Source: Meiothermus sp.
GTDB lineage: Bacteria > Deinococcota > Deinococci > Deinococcales > Thermaceae
Assembly (NCBI GenBank): GCA_033762915.1
Contig: JANRLD010000081.1
Coordinates: 1-64,000, forward strand
DNA: 64,000 bases
Direction: 5' to 3'
Position numbers and translations under genes: made by a program. Below, piece by piece: positions 10,209-19,861 of the stretch. The notes under the pieces were generated by a model. It ran no database searches. It saw only the letters and a program-made list of their open reading frames with translations, and had not been told where the DNA came from. Within the stretch, counting starts at the first letter, position 1, and every line of letters begins with the position of its first letter.

Positions 10209-10964
10209 GTGGGAGCACTCGCTGATAAAACCGCCCTCATCACCGGCGCCTCGGGCATCGCGGAGGCGACGGCGAGGCTGTTCGTGGAGCGGGGCGCACG
10301 CGTCATGGTGCTGGACAAAAATCCCGACAAACTCGAGCAGCTCAAAGCCGATCTGGAGGTCGAAACCTTTGAAGGGGATCTGCTCGAGGCCTCCACCTCG
10401 AGCCGCGCCGTCGGGGCCGCCCTGAGCGCCTTCGGCAAACTCGACATTCTGGTGAACGTGGCGGGCGGTTCGGGCCGCAGGTTCGGCGACGGGCCGGTAC
10501 ACGAGGCCAGCGACGAGGGCTGGGATTTTACAATGGACGTGAACGTGAAGACCACTTTTCAGATGTGCCGCGCCGCGCTTGGAGCCATGATGAAGCAGGG
10601 CTCTGGCGCAATCGTCAACACCGCCAGTGTGCTGGGCTACGCGCCCGCCGCCGAGTTCTTTGGCACCCACGCCTACGCCGCCTGCAACGGAGCCAGAATC
10701 GCGCTCACCAAGAGCATGGCGGCCTACTACGCCCCGCACGGCATCCGGGTGAACGCCGTAGCACCGGGCCTGATCGCCACCCCAATGAGCGTGCGGGCGC
10801 AGGAGAACGAGGCGATCCTCGAGTACGTCCGCGCCCGCCAGCCACTCACCGGCAAGCTGGGCGCCCCTGGGGACGTGGCCGAAGGAATCCTGTATCTGGC
10901 AACGGCCCCTTTTGTGACGGGCGTGGTGCTGGAAATCGCGGGCGGATGGAGCGTGGCCGGATGA
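10209..10964 (+). CDS. SDR family oxidoreductase with aberrant catalytic motif
   Basis: ITGASGIA, DILVNVAG, RVNAVAPG; YxxxK reads YAACN; start may be GTG 10209 or TTG 10203. Confidence 0.88.
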   Translation: MGALADKTALITGASGIAEATARLFVERGARVMVLDKNPDKLEQLKADLEVETFEGDLLEASTSSRAVGAALSAFGKLDILVNVAGGSGRRFGDGPVHEASDEGWDFTMDVNVKTTFQMCRAALGAMMKQGSGAIVNTASVLGYAPAAEFFGTHAYAACNGARIALTKSMAAYYAPHGIRVNAVAPGLIATPMSVRAQENEAILEYVRARQPLTGKLGAPGDVAEGILYLATAPFVTGVVLEIAGGWSVAG

Positions 10965-11569
10965 CCCCCCTCGAGCTGCTTAAAAACGCCCGCATCGTCC
11001 CGGTGTTGCGCGGCTCCAACCCCGACACCGTGGTCGAGATCGCCAAGGTGCTGCACGCCGAGGGCTTCAAGACCCTCGAGGTGGCCTTCACCATCCCCGA
11101 GACGTTGCGGGTGATTGCCGAACTCGCCAAGCTTGAGGGCGCAGTTATCGGGGCGGGCACGGTGTGGGGGCCGATACAGCTCGAGGCCGCCGTCGAGTCG
11201 GGGGCAACGTTCGCGGTGAGTCCAGGCATCGAGGCACGGCTGCTCGAGGCCGCAAAGCACTCGAGGGTGCCCTTCTACCCCGGCGTCTTCTCCGCCAGCG
11301 AGGTGATGCAGGCCCGCATGGCAGGCTTCACCATCATGAAGCTGTTCCCCGGCGAGACGGCGGGCGTCAAGCACCTCAAAGCCCTGCGGGGTCCCTTCCC
11401 GGACATAGACTTCATGCCCACCGGCGGCGTCAGCGCCGACAACCTGCGCGATTGGTTCGCGGCGGGCGCGGTTGCGGTGGGGATGGGCGGCAGCCTGGTA
11501 GGCGACACCCCCAAGGCCACCCTCGAGCGCTGCCAGGTGGTCAAGGGAGCGCTGGCGTGGATGAGCTAG
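10961..11569 (+). CDS. eda: KDPG/KHG aldolase family protein
   Basis: IVPVLRG, IGAGTV, FAVSPG, MKLFPG, FMPTGGV; ATGA overlap with the SDR stop. Confidence 0.9.
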   Translation: MTPLELLKNARIVPVLRGSNPDTVVEIAKVLHAEGFKTLEVAFTIPETLRVIAELAKLEGAVIGAGTVWGPIQLEAAVESGATFAVSPGIEARLLEAAKHSRVPFYPGVFSASEVMQARMAGFTIMKLFPGETAGVKHLKALRGPFPDIDFMPTGGVSADNLRDWFAAGAVAVGMGGSLVGDTPKATLERCQVVKGALAWMS

Positions 11570-11658
11570 GCCGCCATGGGCGACGGGCGGTTGGCTGTTA
11601 GCTGAAGGCTGGACACCAAGTGCTAAGCGCCAACCGCCCAAAGCCTGCAGAGGAGTAC

Positions 11659-12951
11659 ATGCAAACCATCTCCTATCAAACCTCGATACCCGTCCTCGCT
11701 GAGTGCGACGTGCTGGTGGTGGGGGGCGGCAGCGCAGGGAGTTGCGCCGCGGTGGCGGCGGCACGGCTGGGCAAGCGGGTGATTCTGCTCGAGCGCTATG
11801 GCTTCCTGGGCGGCACAGGCGCGGCGGTGCTGGACACCTTCTACGGCTTTTACACCCCGGGGAGCGTGGAGAAAAAAGTGGTGGGCGGCATCCCCGACGA
11901 GGTGGTGAGGGGGCTCGAGCGGCGCGGCGTTCTGCTCAAGCGGCCCAACACCTACGGCGCGGGCGCGGGGCTGACCTACGACCCCGAGGTGCTGAAGGTG
12001 GTGTGGGACGAGTTGGCTGCGGGCGCGGGGGTGCGGGTCTTGTTCCACTGCTACTTCGCGGACGTGCTGAGGAGCGGCGAGCGCGTGGAGGGGGCGGTCA
12101 TCGGCTCCAAGCGCGGGCTGCGGGCGATCAAGGCCAGGGCGATTGTGGACGCCTCGGGCGACGCGGACGTGTGTGCGCGGGCCGGCGCGCCCTTCGAGGA
12201 CGCGGGGGCGCTGGGCATCGCGCAGAGCCTGACCACCACCTTCAAGGTCATCAACGTGGACGTGCCCAAGGCCAAAGCCTTCCCTAAAAAAGAGCTGTGG
12301 AGCCTGATGGAGTCGGCCTCTTCTGAGGGCTACGACCTTCCACGCAAAGAGGGCAGTGCCCACATCACCCCCATGCAGGGCGTGATGGTGACCAACATGA
12401 CTCGAGTCAAGGGCGTCGACGGCACCGACCCCGACGCGCTGGCCCAGGCCGAGATGGAGGGCCGGCGGCAGGCCCTCGAGTACATGCGCTTCCTGCGCGA
12501 CAAAGTACCGGGCTACGAGCGGGCCGAGTTGGGCGGCTTCTCGGTCAACATCGGGGTGCGCGAGACCCGGCGCATCCGGGGCGAGTACTGGATCACCCGG
12601 GAGGACGTGCTGTCCGCCCGCAAATTCCCCGACGCGGTGGCCCAGTGCGGAGCCCCCATCGAGGAGCACCACGCGGGCGGCGACACCCGGTGGGAATACC
12701 TCCCCGACGGCCAGACCGTGGACATCCCCTTCCGCGCCCTGCTGCCGCAGCAGCTCGAGGGCGTGGTGGTGGCGGGCCGCTGCCTCTCGGCCAGCCACGA
12801 GGCCCACGCCTCCATCCGCAGCATCGGCCAGTGCCTGGCGATGGGCCAAGCCGCAGGCACGGCGGCGGCGCTGGCCAGGAGCGGCGACGTGCGCGGGGTG
12901 GCGGTGGGCGAGCTGCGTGCGCGGCTGGCGGAGATGGGGGCGGTGTTGTGA
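11659..12951 (+). CDS. FAD-dependent oxidoreductase of unknown substrate
   Basis: DVLVVGGGSAG, LLERYGFLGG, DASGDAD, GVRETRRIRG, AGRCLSA, MGQAAG; GAGGAG RBS. Confidence 0.9.
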   Translation: MQTISYQTSIPVLAECDVLVVGGGSAGSCAAVAAARLGKRVILLERYGFLGGTGAAVLDTFYGFYTPGSVEKKVVGGIPDEVVRGLERRGVLLKRPNTYGAGAGLTYDPEVLKVVWDELAAGAGVRVLFHCYFADVLRSGERVEGAVIGSKRGLRAIKARAIVDASGDADVCARAGAPFEDAGALGIAQSLTTTFKVINVDVPKAKAFPKKELWSLMESASSEGYDLPRKEGSAHITPMQGVMVTNMTRVKGVDGTDPDALAQAEMEGRRQALEYMRFLRDKVPGYERAELGGFSVNIGVRETRRIRGEYWITREDVLSARKFPDAVAQCGAPIEEHHAGGDTRWEYLPDGQTVDIPFRALLPQQLEGVVVAGRCLSASHEAHASIRSIGQCLAMGQAAGTAAALARSGDVRGVAVGELRARLAEMGAVL

Positions 12952-13059
12952 ACGAGGAAGGGGAAAGGAGGAAGGAGGAAAGCCAAGTCAAGACCTCCCG
13001 GTTTTTCTCTCCTCTTTGCCTTGGCCCCTTTCCTGGCCCCTAGCCCCCTCGAGGCATCC

Positions 13060-14037
13060 ATGACTGTCCGAACCGTCACAGGCGACATCCCCGTCAGCAA
13101 ACTCGGCCTCACCCTGGGGCACGACCATATCTTTGCCCGTCCGCCCTCGGACATCGCCGACGAGGACCTGCGCATCGACGACGAGGCCGCCGCCGCCGCC
13201 GAGATGAGGGCGTTTAGGGCGACGGGCGGCAGCGCGATGATCGAGATGACCACCGTGGACTACGGGCGCGACACGGGCGCCTTACAGCGCATCAGCGAGG
13301 CCAGCGGGGTTCACCTTGTCGCGGCGACCGGGTTTAACAAGGGCAGGTTCGCGGATCGGCTGACCGAGGGGCGTAGCGTCGAGGAGATTGCTGCCTGGAT
13401 GACGGCGGAGGTGAGCCAGGGCGTGCGGCCGTTCTCGCCCGACCAGCCGGTGCGTGAAACCTCGAGTGCCCGCTGTGGGCTCATAAAGGCCAGCAGCAGC
13501 CTAAACGGGGCCAACCGGAGCGAGCTGAAGGTCTTCGAGGCGGCGATCCTGGCCCACCACGCCACCGGCGCGCCCGTCTCCACCCACACCGAGAAGGGGA
13601 CGTGGGCGCTCGAGCAGATTGCCGTCTTGCAAAAAGGCGGCGTGCCACCGCACAGGGTGCTGATCGGACACCTCGACCTCAAGCCCGAGCTGCCCTACTT
13701 GCTCGAGGTCGCCTCCGCCGGGGTGAACCTGGGCATCGACCAGTTCGCCAAGGTCAAGTACCTGCCCGACGAGGCCCGGGTTGCGCTCATCGCCGAGCTC
13801 GTCGCAGCCGGCCACGGTCGGCAAATCCTGATCGGCGGCGACCTGGCCCGGCGCTCCTACTGGCAACACTACGGCGACCCCCACGGCTTCACCTTCATCC
13901 CGATCAGGGTGGTGCCGATGCTGCGGGCAGCGGGGCTGAGCGAGGCACAAATCGGCGATATTTTGGTGGAAAACCCCGCGAGGTTTCTGTGCATCAGCCG
14001 TCCGCCGTCAGCCATCAGCGAAGCCTCCGGCCTGTAG
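13060..14037 (+). CDS. Phosphotriesterase-related amidohydrolase/lactonase
   Basis: VRTVTG, HDH, GLIK, STHT, IGHLD, GGD, ENPARF. Confidence 0.9.
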   Translation: MTVRTVTGDIPVSKLGLTLGHDHIFARPPSDIADEDLRIDDEAAAAAEMRAFRATGGSAMIEMTTVDYGRDTGALQRISEASGVHLVAATGFNKGRFADRLTEGRSVEEIAAWMTAEVSQGVRPFSPDQPVRETSSARCGLIKASSSLNGANRSELKVFEAAILAHHATGAPVSTHTEKGTWALEQIAVLQKGGVPPHRVLIGHLDLKPELPYLLEVASAGVNLGIDQFAKVKYLPDEARVALIAELVAAGHGRQILIGGDLARRSYWQHYGDPHGFTFIPIRVVPMLRAAGLSEAQIGDILVENPARFLCISRPPSAISEASGL

Positions 14038-14102
14038 CTGACGGCTGCTCTGGGATGGCCGACGGAGTACAATCACCGCGTCAAAACCAACAGGAGGCAG
14101 AC

Positions 14103-15263
14103 ATGAAGCACAAAGTGGGCGTCGTCGGCACAGGGTTTATCGGGCCGGTTCACGTCGAGGCACTGCGGCGCCTGGGCGTGGAGGTGAAGGGGGTACTGGG
14201 CTCTAGCCCCGAGAAGTCGGCGGCGGCGGCCAAGAAGATGGGGCTGCAGAAGGGCTACAGCAGCTACCAGGAGATGATCGGCGACCCCGAGATCGGGGTG
14301 GTTCACCTGACCAGCCCCAACCGCTTCCACCTCGAGCAGGTGATGGGGGCGCTCAAGGCGGGCAAGCACGTGGTCTGCGAGAAGCCCCTGGGCATGACCA
14401 CCAAGGAGACCAAGAAGCTGGTCGCCGCGGCCAGGCAGTACTCCAACTTGGTCACGGCGGTCAACTACAACTACCGCTTCTACCCGCTCAGCCTCGAGGC
14501 CAGGGCCATGGTCCAGAGCGGACAGGTCGGCGATATCTTCCACGTCAAGGGCGGCTACATCCAGGACTGGCTGCTCTACCCCACCGACTTCAACTGGCGG
14601 GTGCTGGCCTCGGAGGGCGGCGAGATGCGGGCGGTGGGCGACATCGGGACCCACTGGCTGGACCTGACCAGCTTCATCACCGGCCTCGAGGTCGAGGCGG
14701 TGATGGCCGACCTGCGCACGGTCCACCCGGTGCGCCAAGCCCCCCCGCAAGGCTCTGTGGAAACCTTCAGCGGCAAGAAGGGGGCTAAGAAGAAACTCGA
14801 GACCACCCCGGTCGAGATCAGCACCGAGGACTACGCAAGCGTGCTGGTGCACTACAAGGGCGGGGCCAAGGGGGTCTTCACGGTCTCGCAGGTCACTGCC
14901 GGCCGCAAGAACCGGCTCGAGTACGAGATTGCCGGCTCCAAGCGGGCTCTGGCCTGGACCGGAGAGCGCCCCGAGGAACTGTGGATCGGCGAGCGCAACG
15001 AGCCCAACCGCCTGCTGATGCGCGACCCCGGCCTGATGGACGCCTCGGCCAGCGCCTTCACCAACTACCCCGCCGGCCACGCCGAGGGCTTCCCCGACAC
15101 CTTCAAGCAGCTCTACCGCGCGGTTTATGCCGACATCGAGGCCGGCAAGCCCTCCCAGAACCCGCTGTACGCCACCTTCGAGGATGGGCACAAGGAACTC
15201 GCGCTGTGCGAAGCGATTCTGGCCAGCAGCAAGGCCGGCAAGTGGACGAAGGTGAAGTATTAG
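14103..15263 (+). CDS. Gfo/Idh/MocA family NAD(P) oxidoreductase
   Basis: VGTGFIG, GKHVVCEKP, DIGTHWLD; AGGAGG RBS. Confidence 0.93.
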   Translation: MKHKVGVVGTGFIGPVHVEALRRLGVEVKGVLGSSPEKSAAAAKKMGLQKGYSSYQEMIGDPEIGVVHLTSPNRFHLEQVMGALKAGKHVVCEKPLGMTTKETKKLVAAARQYSNLVTAVNYNYRFYPLSLEARAMVQSGQVGDIFHVKGGYIQDWLLYPTDFNWRVLASEGGEMRAVGDIGTHWLDLTSFITGLEVEAVMADLRTVHPVRQAPPQGSVETFSGKKGAKKKLETTPVEISTEDYASVLVHYKGGAKGVFTVSQVTAGRKNRLEYEIAGSKRALAWTGERPEELWIGERNEPNRLLMRDPGLMDASASAFTNYPAGHAEGFPDTFKQLYRAVYADIEAGKPSQNPLYATFEDGHKELALCEAILASSKAGKWTKVKY

Positions 15264-15343
15264 GGCTTGTAGCGATAAGCAACTAAAAGATCAAAAGTTG
15301 ATCGCTCACTGCATGACACCTCGTAATCGTTTGAGGACGCATC

Positions 15344-15699
15344 GTGAAAGACTATCGGAATCTGGAAGTTTTGCAGCGTAGCCATTTGTTTACCGAGATT
15401 TACCGTGTCAGGTTGAAGTTTCCAAAGGATGAACTGTACAGCCCGACCAACCAGATACGCCGGGCAGCCTACTCGATTCCGACACATATCGCGGAAGGGT
15501 GTGGGAGGGAGGGTGAGGCCGAGTTTCATGGGTAGTTGGTCATTGCCTCTGGGTCAGCGAGTGAACCCGACTACCCGCTCTTGCTGTCCAGAGACCTGAA
15601 CTACCTCGAGCCGGAGGTGTATGAAACCTCTTCCAAGAACTGAGCGCGATAAGGCGAATGCTGAACACGCTGCTGCAAACGCTAAACGCTAAACGCTAA
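15344..15699 (+). pseudogene. Four-helix-bundle (23S IVS/Avd-like) gene, decayed
   Basis: MKDYRNLEV..FPKDELY..QIRRAAYSIP.HIAEGCGR, in-frame TAG at 15533-15535, then IASGSASE..LLLSRDLNYL and, after a frameshift near 15627, ELSAIRRMLNTL. Confidence 0.85.
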
Positions 15700-15715
15700 T
15701 TGCTAACAGCCAAAA
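15677..15715 (+). repeat. 7-nt tandem array
   Basis: AAACGCT x3, AATTGCT, AACAGCC at the 3' end of the four-helix-bundle pseudogene. Confidence 0.8.
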
Positions 15716-15725
15716 AGGAGCTTTC

Positions 15726-16640
15726 ATGGAACTTGGTTTTGTCAGTGCGATCCTGCCCGACCTGAGCCTCGAGGAAGTCCTGAAATTCGCCGGCGAGCAG
15801 GGCTTCGATACCGTGGAGGTGATGTGCTGGCCCAAGGGCAAGGCCGAGCGGCGCTACGCCGGGGTGACCCACATCGATGTGGCCGCCCTCACCGACGCCG
15901 GGGCCAAGAAGATCAAGGCCCTGACCCAGAAGTACGGGGTCTCGATCTCGGGGCTGGGCTACTACCCCAACCCGCTGGTCGCCGACGAGAAGGAGGCTGC
16001 GGTCTACCTGGGGCACATCAAAAAGGTCATTAGCGCCAGCGCCAAGCTGGGCATCGGGCGGATGAACACTTTCATTGGGCGCGACCACACCCGCAGCCTT
16101 AAGGACAACTGGGCCCTCTTCGACGAGCGCTGGCCCGAGGTCATCAGGCACGCCGAGCGGGAGGGGGTCCGGGTGGGCATCGAGAACTGCCCGATGTACT
16201 TCAGCGACGATGAGTGGCCCGGCGGCAAGAACATGGCCATCAACCCGACCATCTGGCGCGAGATGTTCAGCCGCATCCCCTCCGACCACTTCGGCCTCAA
16301 CTACGACCCCAGCCACCTGGTCTGGCAGATGATGGACCCCGCCTGGCCGCTCTTAGAGTTCAGGGACAAGCTCTTCCACATCCACGCTAAGGATGTGCGG
16401 GTGGACCCCGACCGGCTGCGCCAGGTGGGCATCATGGCCACCCCGCTAGAGTACCATGCCCCCAAGCTCCCCGGGCTGGGCGACGTGAACTGGACCCACT
16501 TCTTCGCCAACCTCACCGAGGCCCGCTACAACGGCCCGGTCTGCATCGAGGTCGAGGACCGGGCCTACGAGGGCAGCCTCGAGGACCGCAAGCGGGCGGT
16601 GATCCAGTCGGGGCGGTTTTTGCGGAACTTCGTGGTTTGA
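15726..16640 (+). CDS. Sugar phosphate isomerase/epimerase (xylose isomerase-like TIM barrel)
   Basis: [48 protein letters not shown]. Confidence 0.92.
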   Translation: MELGFVSAILPDLSLEEVLKFAGEQGFDTVEVMCWPKGKAERRYAGVTHIDVAALTDAGAKKIKALTQKYGVSISGLGYYPNPLVADEKEAAVYLGHIKKVISASAKLGIGRMNTFIGRDHTRSLKDNWALFDERWPEVIRHAEREGVRVGIENCPMYFSDDEWPGGKNMAINPTIWREMFSRIPSDHFGLNYDPSHLVWQMMDPAWPLLEFRDKLFHIHAKDVRVDPDRLRQVGIMATPLEYHAPKLPGLGDVNWTHFFANLTEARYNGPVCIEVEDRAYEGSLEDRKRAVIQSGRFLRNFVV

Positions 16641-16682
16641 GGTAAGGCCCAAAGGCGACCCCCCGCAGCGCCGGGGGTCTAG

Positions 16683-16821
16683 CATAGTTGAAACATGTCG
16701 CCCGCCAGCTCCTGCAAGGAATTGCGCCTCGGGTAGCTGCTCCGCGGCTATGGCGCACGCCACTCCGCCCTGGTACGTATCTACCGTATCTGCCGATTCC
16801 GTACTTCTACCCTGGCGCAAC
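16683..16821 (+). repeat. Dispersed palindromic repeat, module A (copy 2)
   Basis: CATAGTTGAAA...GGAATTGCGCC...CCCTGGCGCAAC followed by TAG; abuts the transglutaminase stop codon. Confidence 0.8.
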
Positions 16822-17648
16822 TAGACCTTCTGCACCAGGGTCTCCACCTTAACCAGCACATTCAGGCTCTCGCGCCCGCCGCCGCGCCGCAGGCCCTTGA
16901 GGGGGGGGCAGTCGTCGTAGTCGCGGCCGTGGGCAGTCTTGACGTACTGCTCGGAGACCACCGAGTTGTTGGTGGGGTCGTAGCCGTACCAGCCCGAGCC
17001 GGGCACGAAGGCCTCGATCCAGGCATGGCTGCCCTCTGAGCCGACCCCAGTGGCGAGGTAGCCCGAGACATACCGAGCAGGAATCCCGACGGTGCGGAGC
17101 ACAGCCAGCATGGCCTGGGCGTAATCCTGGCAGACCCCCGCCCTGGCCTCGGCAAACTGGATCAGGGGGGTGTCCACCTGGGTGGCCTTGGTGTCGTAGA
17201 AGAGCAGGCGGTTGAGGTGATCGGTCAGCTCGAGCAGGTAGCCGTGCAGGTCCTCCCTGAGGTGGGGGCGGCGGGCCTGGAGCAGCTCGAGCCAGTTGTG
17301 GTGCAGGGGGATGCGCGGGGTGGGGGCCAGGTACTCGAAGAAGCGGGCTTGCAGGGGGCTGAGCAGATCCACCGCAACCGAGTTGGGCCTGGGCACCGCG
17401 AAGGTCGAGACCCGGGCCTGCATCTCGACCCGCAACTGGCGGTGCAGCTTGGTCACATGGAAGTCGTAGACGCGGTTCTGGAAGTAGTCCTGGCGGCTGC
17501 GCGGCATGGTGTCCGGGCTCAGACCCAGACGGAACTCGAGAAGCCCCTGGCGGTGGTCGTCCACAGGGTAGAGCCAGACCTCGTTGAACGAATCCCTGGC
17601 CTCCTCGGGATAGGCATACTCGGTAAGGTGATAGACCGATAGCAGCAC
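16821..17648 (-). CDS. Transglutaminase-like family protein
   Basis: HLTEYAY N-domain, GVCQDYA, PARYVSGYL, SHAWIE, YDPTN, GRDYDD. Confidence 0.92.
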   Translation of the reverse strand: MLLSVYHLTEYAYPEEARDSFNEVWLYPVDDHRQGLLEFRLGLSPDTMPRSRQDYFQNRVYDFHVTKLHRQLRVEMQARVSTFAVPRPNSVAVDLLSPLQARFFEYLAPTPRIPLHHNWLELLQARRPHLREDLHGYLLELTDHLNRLLFYDTKATQVDTPLIQFAEARAGVCQDYAQAMLAVLRTVGIPARYVSGYLATGVGSEGSHAWIEAFVPGSGWYGYDPTNNSVVSEQYVKTAHGRDYDDCPPLKGLRRGGGRESLNVLVKVETLVQKV

Positions 17649-18027
17649 GACTTAAAGCCTACCAAAAGTTGTACCCAAAGGGCTGACCGATAACCGAGGG
17701 GGACCGGCCCTAAGCAGAGCCGAACGCCACAGGCCGAACCCAGGACAGCACTCCTCAGTACCCGGCTGGTTCCCGGGAAGTCGGTTCGCCAAGCGTTGCT
17801 GCCCCGAAATGCCCCTGGGGAATCGGGCCAGGTAGGTCAACACCGGTTCCGCCCAACCAGCAAATCTTCCCGGCGCAGTTCGACACGTCTCCCGCCGCCG
17901 AACCGCTGCGCGAGCGATGTACTGTACCCCGAACAGCACCTGTTGCCGTTTGGGGTACTCGTTAGGGCCCCTCTCGGACCTCGGCCTGGCATTCGGCGCA
18001 TGGCGTGCGGGGCGCAGCGGCCCTACC

Positions 18028-18564
18028 TCAAACCGTATGTAAAATCGGGATTTCCGACAGCGAGGTAAGCGGCAGCTTGCTGCTACCCTGGTGGAAGGCC
18101 GCCAGCCGGGCCACCACCTGCGCCCCGGCCTTGAGGGCGACCCGCTCGAGCGCCTTCATGGTCCCGCCCGAACTCACCACGTCAAACACCAGCGCCACCT
18201 TCTGCCCCAGCAGCTTCTCGGCCATCCGGCTGTCCAGCCACAGCGTCTCCGAGACACCCAGGGTGAGGGATTCGACCTCTTGGATGATGGGGTCGGTCAT
18301 GTAGGGGCGGCGCTTGCGGCGCACCACAATGTAGGGCTTGCCGCTCAAGGCACTCATGGCGTGGGCCAGCACGATGGGGCTGGTCTCGAGGGTCACGATG
18401 GTGTCGGTCTCCGGGGGCAGGTGCTTGACCAGCCCCTCGGCGGCGGCCTGAACCAGCTCCACGTCCCCCATCAGCTCCACCAGGGGGATGTGTACGCCGG
18501 GCAGGGTCTCGACCACGGGGACATGACGGGTGATCTTTCCAACGGTAACGGGATAAGTTGCCAT
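18028..18564 (-). CDS. Adenine phosphoribosyltransferase homolog (degenerate PRPP loop)
   Basis: PRT fold, paralog of the upstream gene; PRPP motif reads VFDVVSSGGT. Confidence 0.85.
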   Translation of the reverse strand: MATYPVTVGKITRHVPVVETLPGVHIPLVELMGDVELVQAAAEGLVKHLPPETDTIVTLETSPIVLAHAMSALSGKPYIVVRRKRRPYMTDPIIQEVESLTLGVSETLWLDSRMAEKLLGQKVALVFDVVSSGGTMKALERVALKAGAQVVARLAAFHQGSSKLPLTSLSEIPILHTV

Positions 18565-18646
18565 AACGCTCCTTATTAGGGAACAGGGATCGGGGGACAG
18601 TAAAGGCCGGCTTCGGTTGTCACTGTTTCCCGCTTCCCGCCCCCGT

Positions 18647-19180
18647 TCACTCTGGCTTGAACAGCGGCAGGTGACCCAGCGCGATCACGTCCTCGCGGGG
18701 GCTGCCCTCGGTGAAGACGGCCATGACCGCGCTGACGTCGCCACCAACGTCAGACATCAGGTCGGATAGGCCCTTGAGGGTGCCGCCAGTGGAAACTACG
18801 TCGTCCACGATGGCGACCTTCCTGCCCCGGATCAGGGGCACGTCGGTGCCGTCGAGAACCAGCAATTGAGGCTTGCCGGTGGTGATGGAGATGACCGTAC
18901 GGGCCACCGGGTTGATCATGTAGGGCTTCTCGGTCTTGCGGGCCACCACGTAGGGCTTGCCGGTGATCCTCGAGAGGGCGTGGGCCAGCGGGACAGCCTT
19001 GACCTCGGGGGTCACGAAGATGTCCACCTCCGGCAGCCGCTTGGCCAGTTCGGCGGCGGCGGCCTCCACAATCTCGGTGTCGCCCAGCATGTTAAACAGC
19101 GCCACCGACACCTCGGGGCCGACCTGCACCACCGGTAGTTCGCGGCGAACCCCGGCAATCTCGATGGGATATTTTCTCAC
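18647..19180 (-). CDS. Adenine/purine phosphoribosyltransferase
   Basis: [29 protein letters not shown] start with TATGCT -10 just upstream. Confidence 0.88.
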   Translation of the reverse strand: MRKYPIEIAGVRRELPVVQVGPEVSVALFNMLGDTEIVEAAAAELAKRLPEVDIFVTPEVKAVPLAHALSRITGKPYVVARKTEKPYMINPVARTVISITTGKPQLLVLDGTDVPLIRGRKVAIVDDVVSTGGTLKGLSDLMSDVGGDVSAVMAVFTEGSPREDVIALGHLPLFKPE

Positions 19181-19313
19181 GCCCCATAGCATACTTGCGC
19201 AAGGCGGATTGCGCATAGCATGTCGCGCGCCGGGCCGAAGTCCCGATGTTTTTGCACTACGCGACCCGCAATCCGCGACTTTCGCCCCGGGCGAATATGG
19301 TATTGTGATACAA

Positions 19314-19679
19314 ATGTCAAGATCATCCTACGAAGAGCGCGAGTTGATCCTCGAGCTGTTCCCCGGCACTTCCCCGGAGCTGCTGCCGCCGGGGGAAGTG
19401 TGGTACTACCGGGACGCCGAGGGGCGGGTTCACATCCAAGAGAACCCGCTCCATCTTGTTTTGGAGCCCCTCGACGGCCCAGGCAGCGCGGCCCCCATCA
19501 TCTGCGAGGCCTGCAACCGCCACATCAGCCGCAGCTCGGCCCAGTTCTTTCGCTTCGGCGTGGGCGAGAACCCCCGCCACTTCCGCTACGTGGGCCTGTG
19601 CCGCGACACCGGCAGTTGCGCGGGGGCCTCGAGGCCCGACCGGCTGCGCGAGATTCTCCTGAAGGGCATCTTGCCGTAA
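19314..19679 (+). CDS. Small Cys4 zinc-finger-like protein (resembles the FusB/FBP C-terminal treble clef)
   Basis: CEAC...GLCRDTGSC pattern; family resemblance judged by eye only. Confidence 0.6.
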   Translation: MSRSSYEERELILELFPGTSPELLPPGEVWYYRDAEGRVHIQENPLHLVLEPLDGPGSAAPIICEACNRHISRSSAQFFRFGVGENPRHFRYVGLCRDTGSCAGASRPDRLREILLKGILP

Positions 19680-19861
19680 GCGGTTCGGCTGTGGTTGTTC
19701 GCACTGTACATAATTGCCGTTTGCCCCTATACTCGTAACGCTGGAAGGTACGTCATAACACAACGGGGCTCGAGAAGGTTCGAGCCTTGTATTTGTGCAT
19801 AAGAGGCAGCAGACACGAGGTCATTGGGGCCGCGGAGGGCGGCCCGCGAGGTGGAGGCCGA

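Noticed and set aside
17652..18027. 375-nt gap as RNase P, tmRNA, SRP RNA or a CDS
   Set aside because: No diagnostic motifs seen on either strand and the ORFs lack host-like coding character; left unassigned
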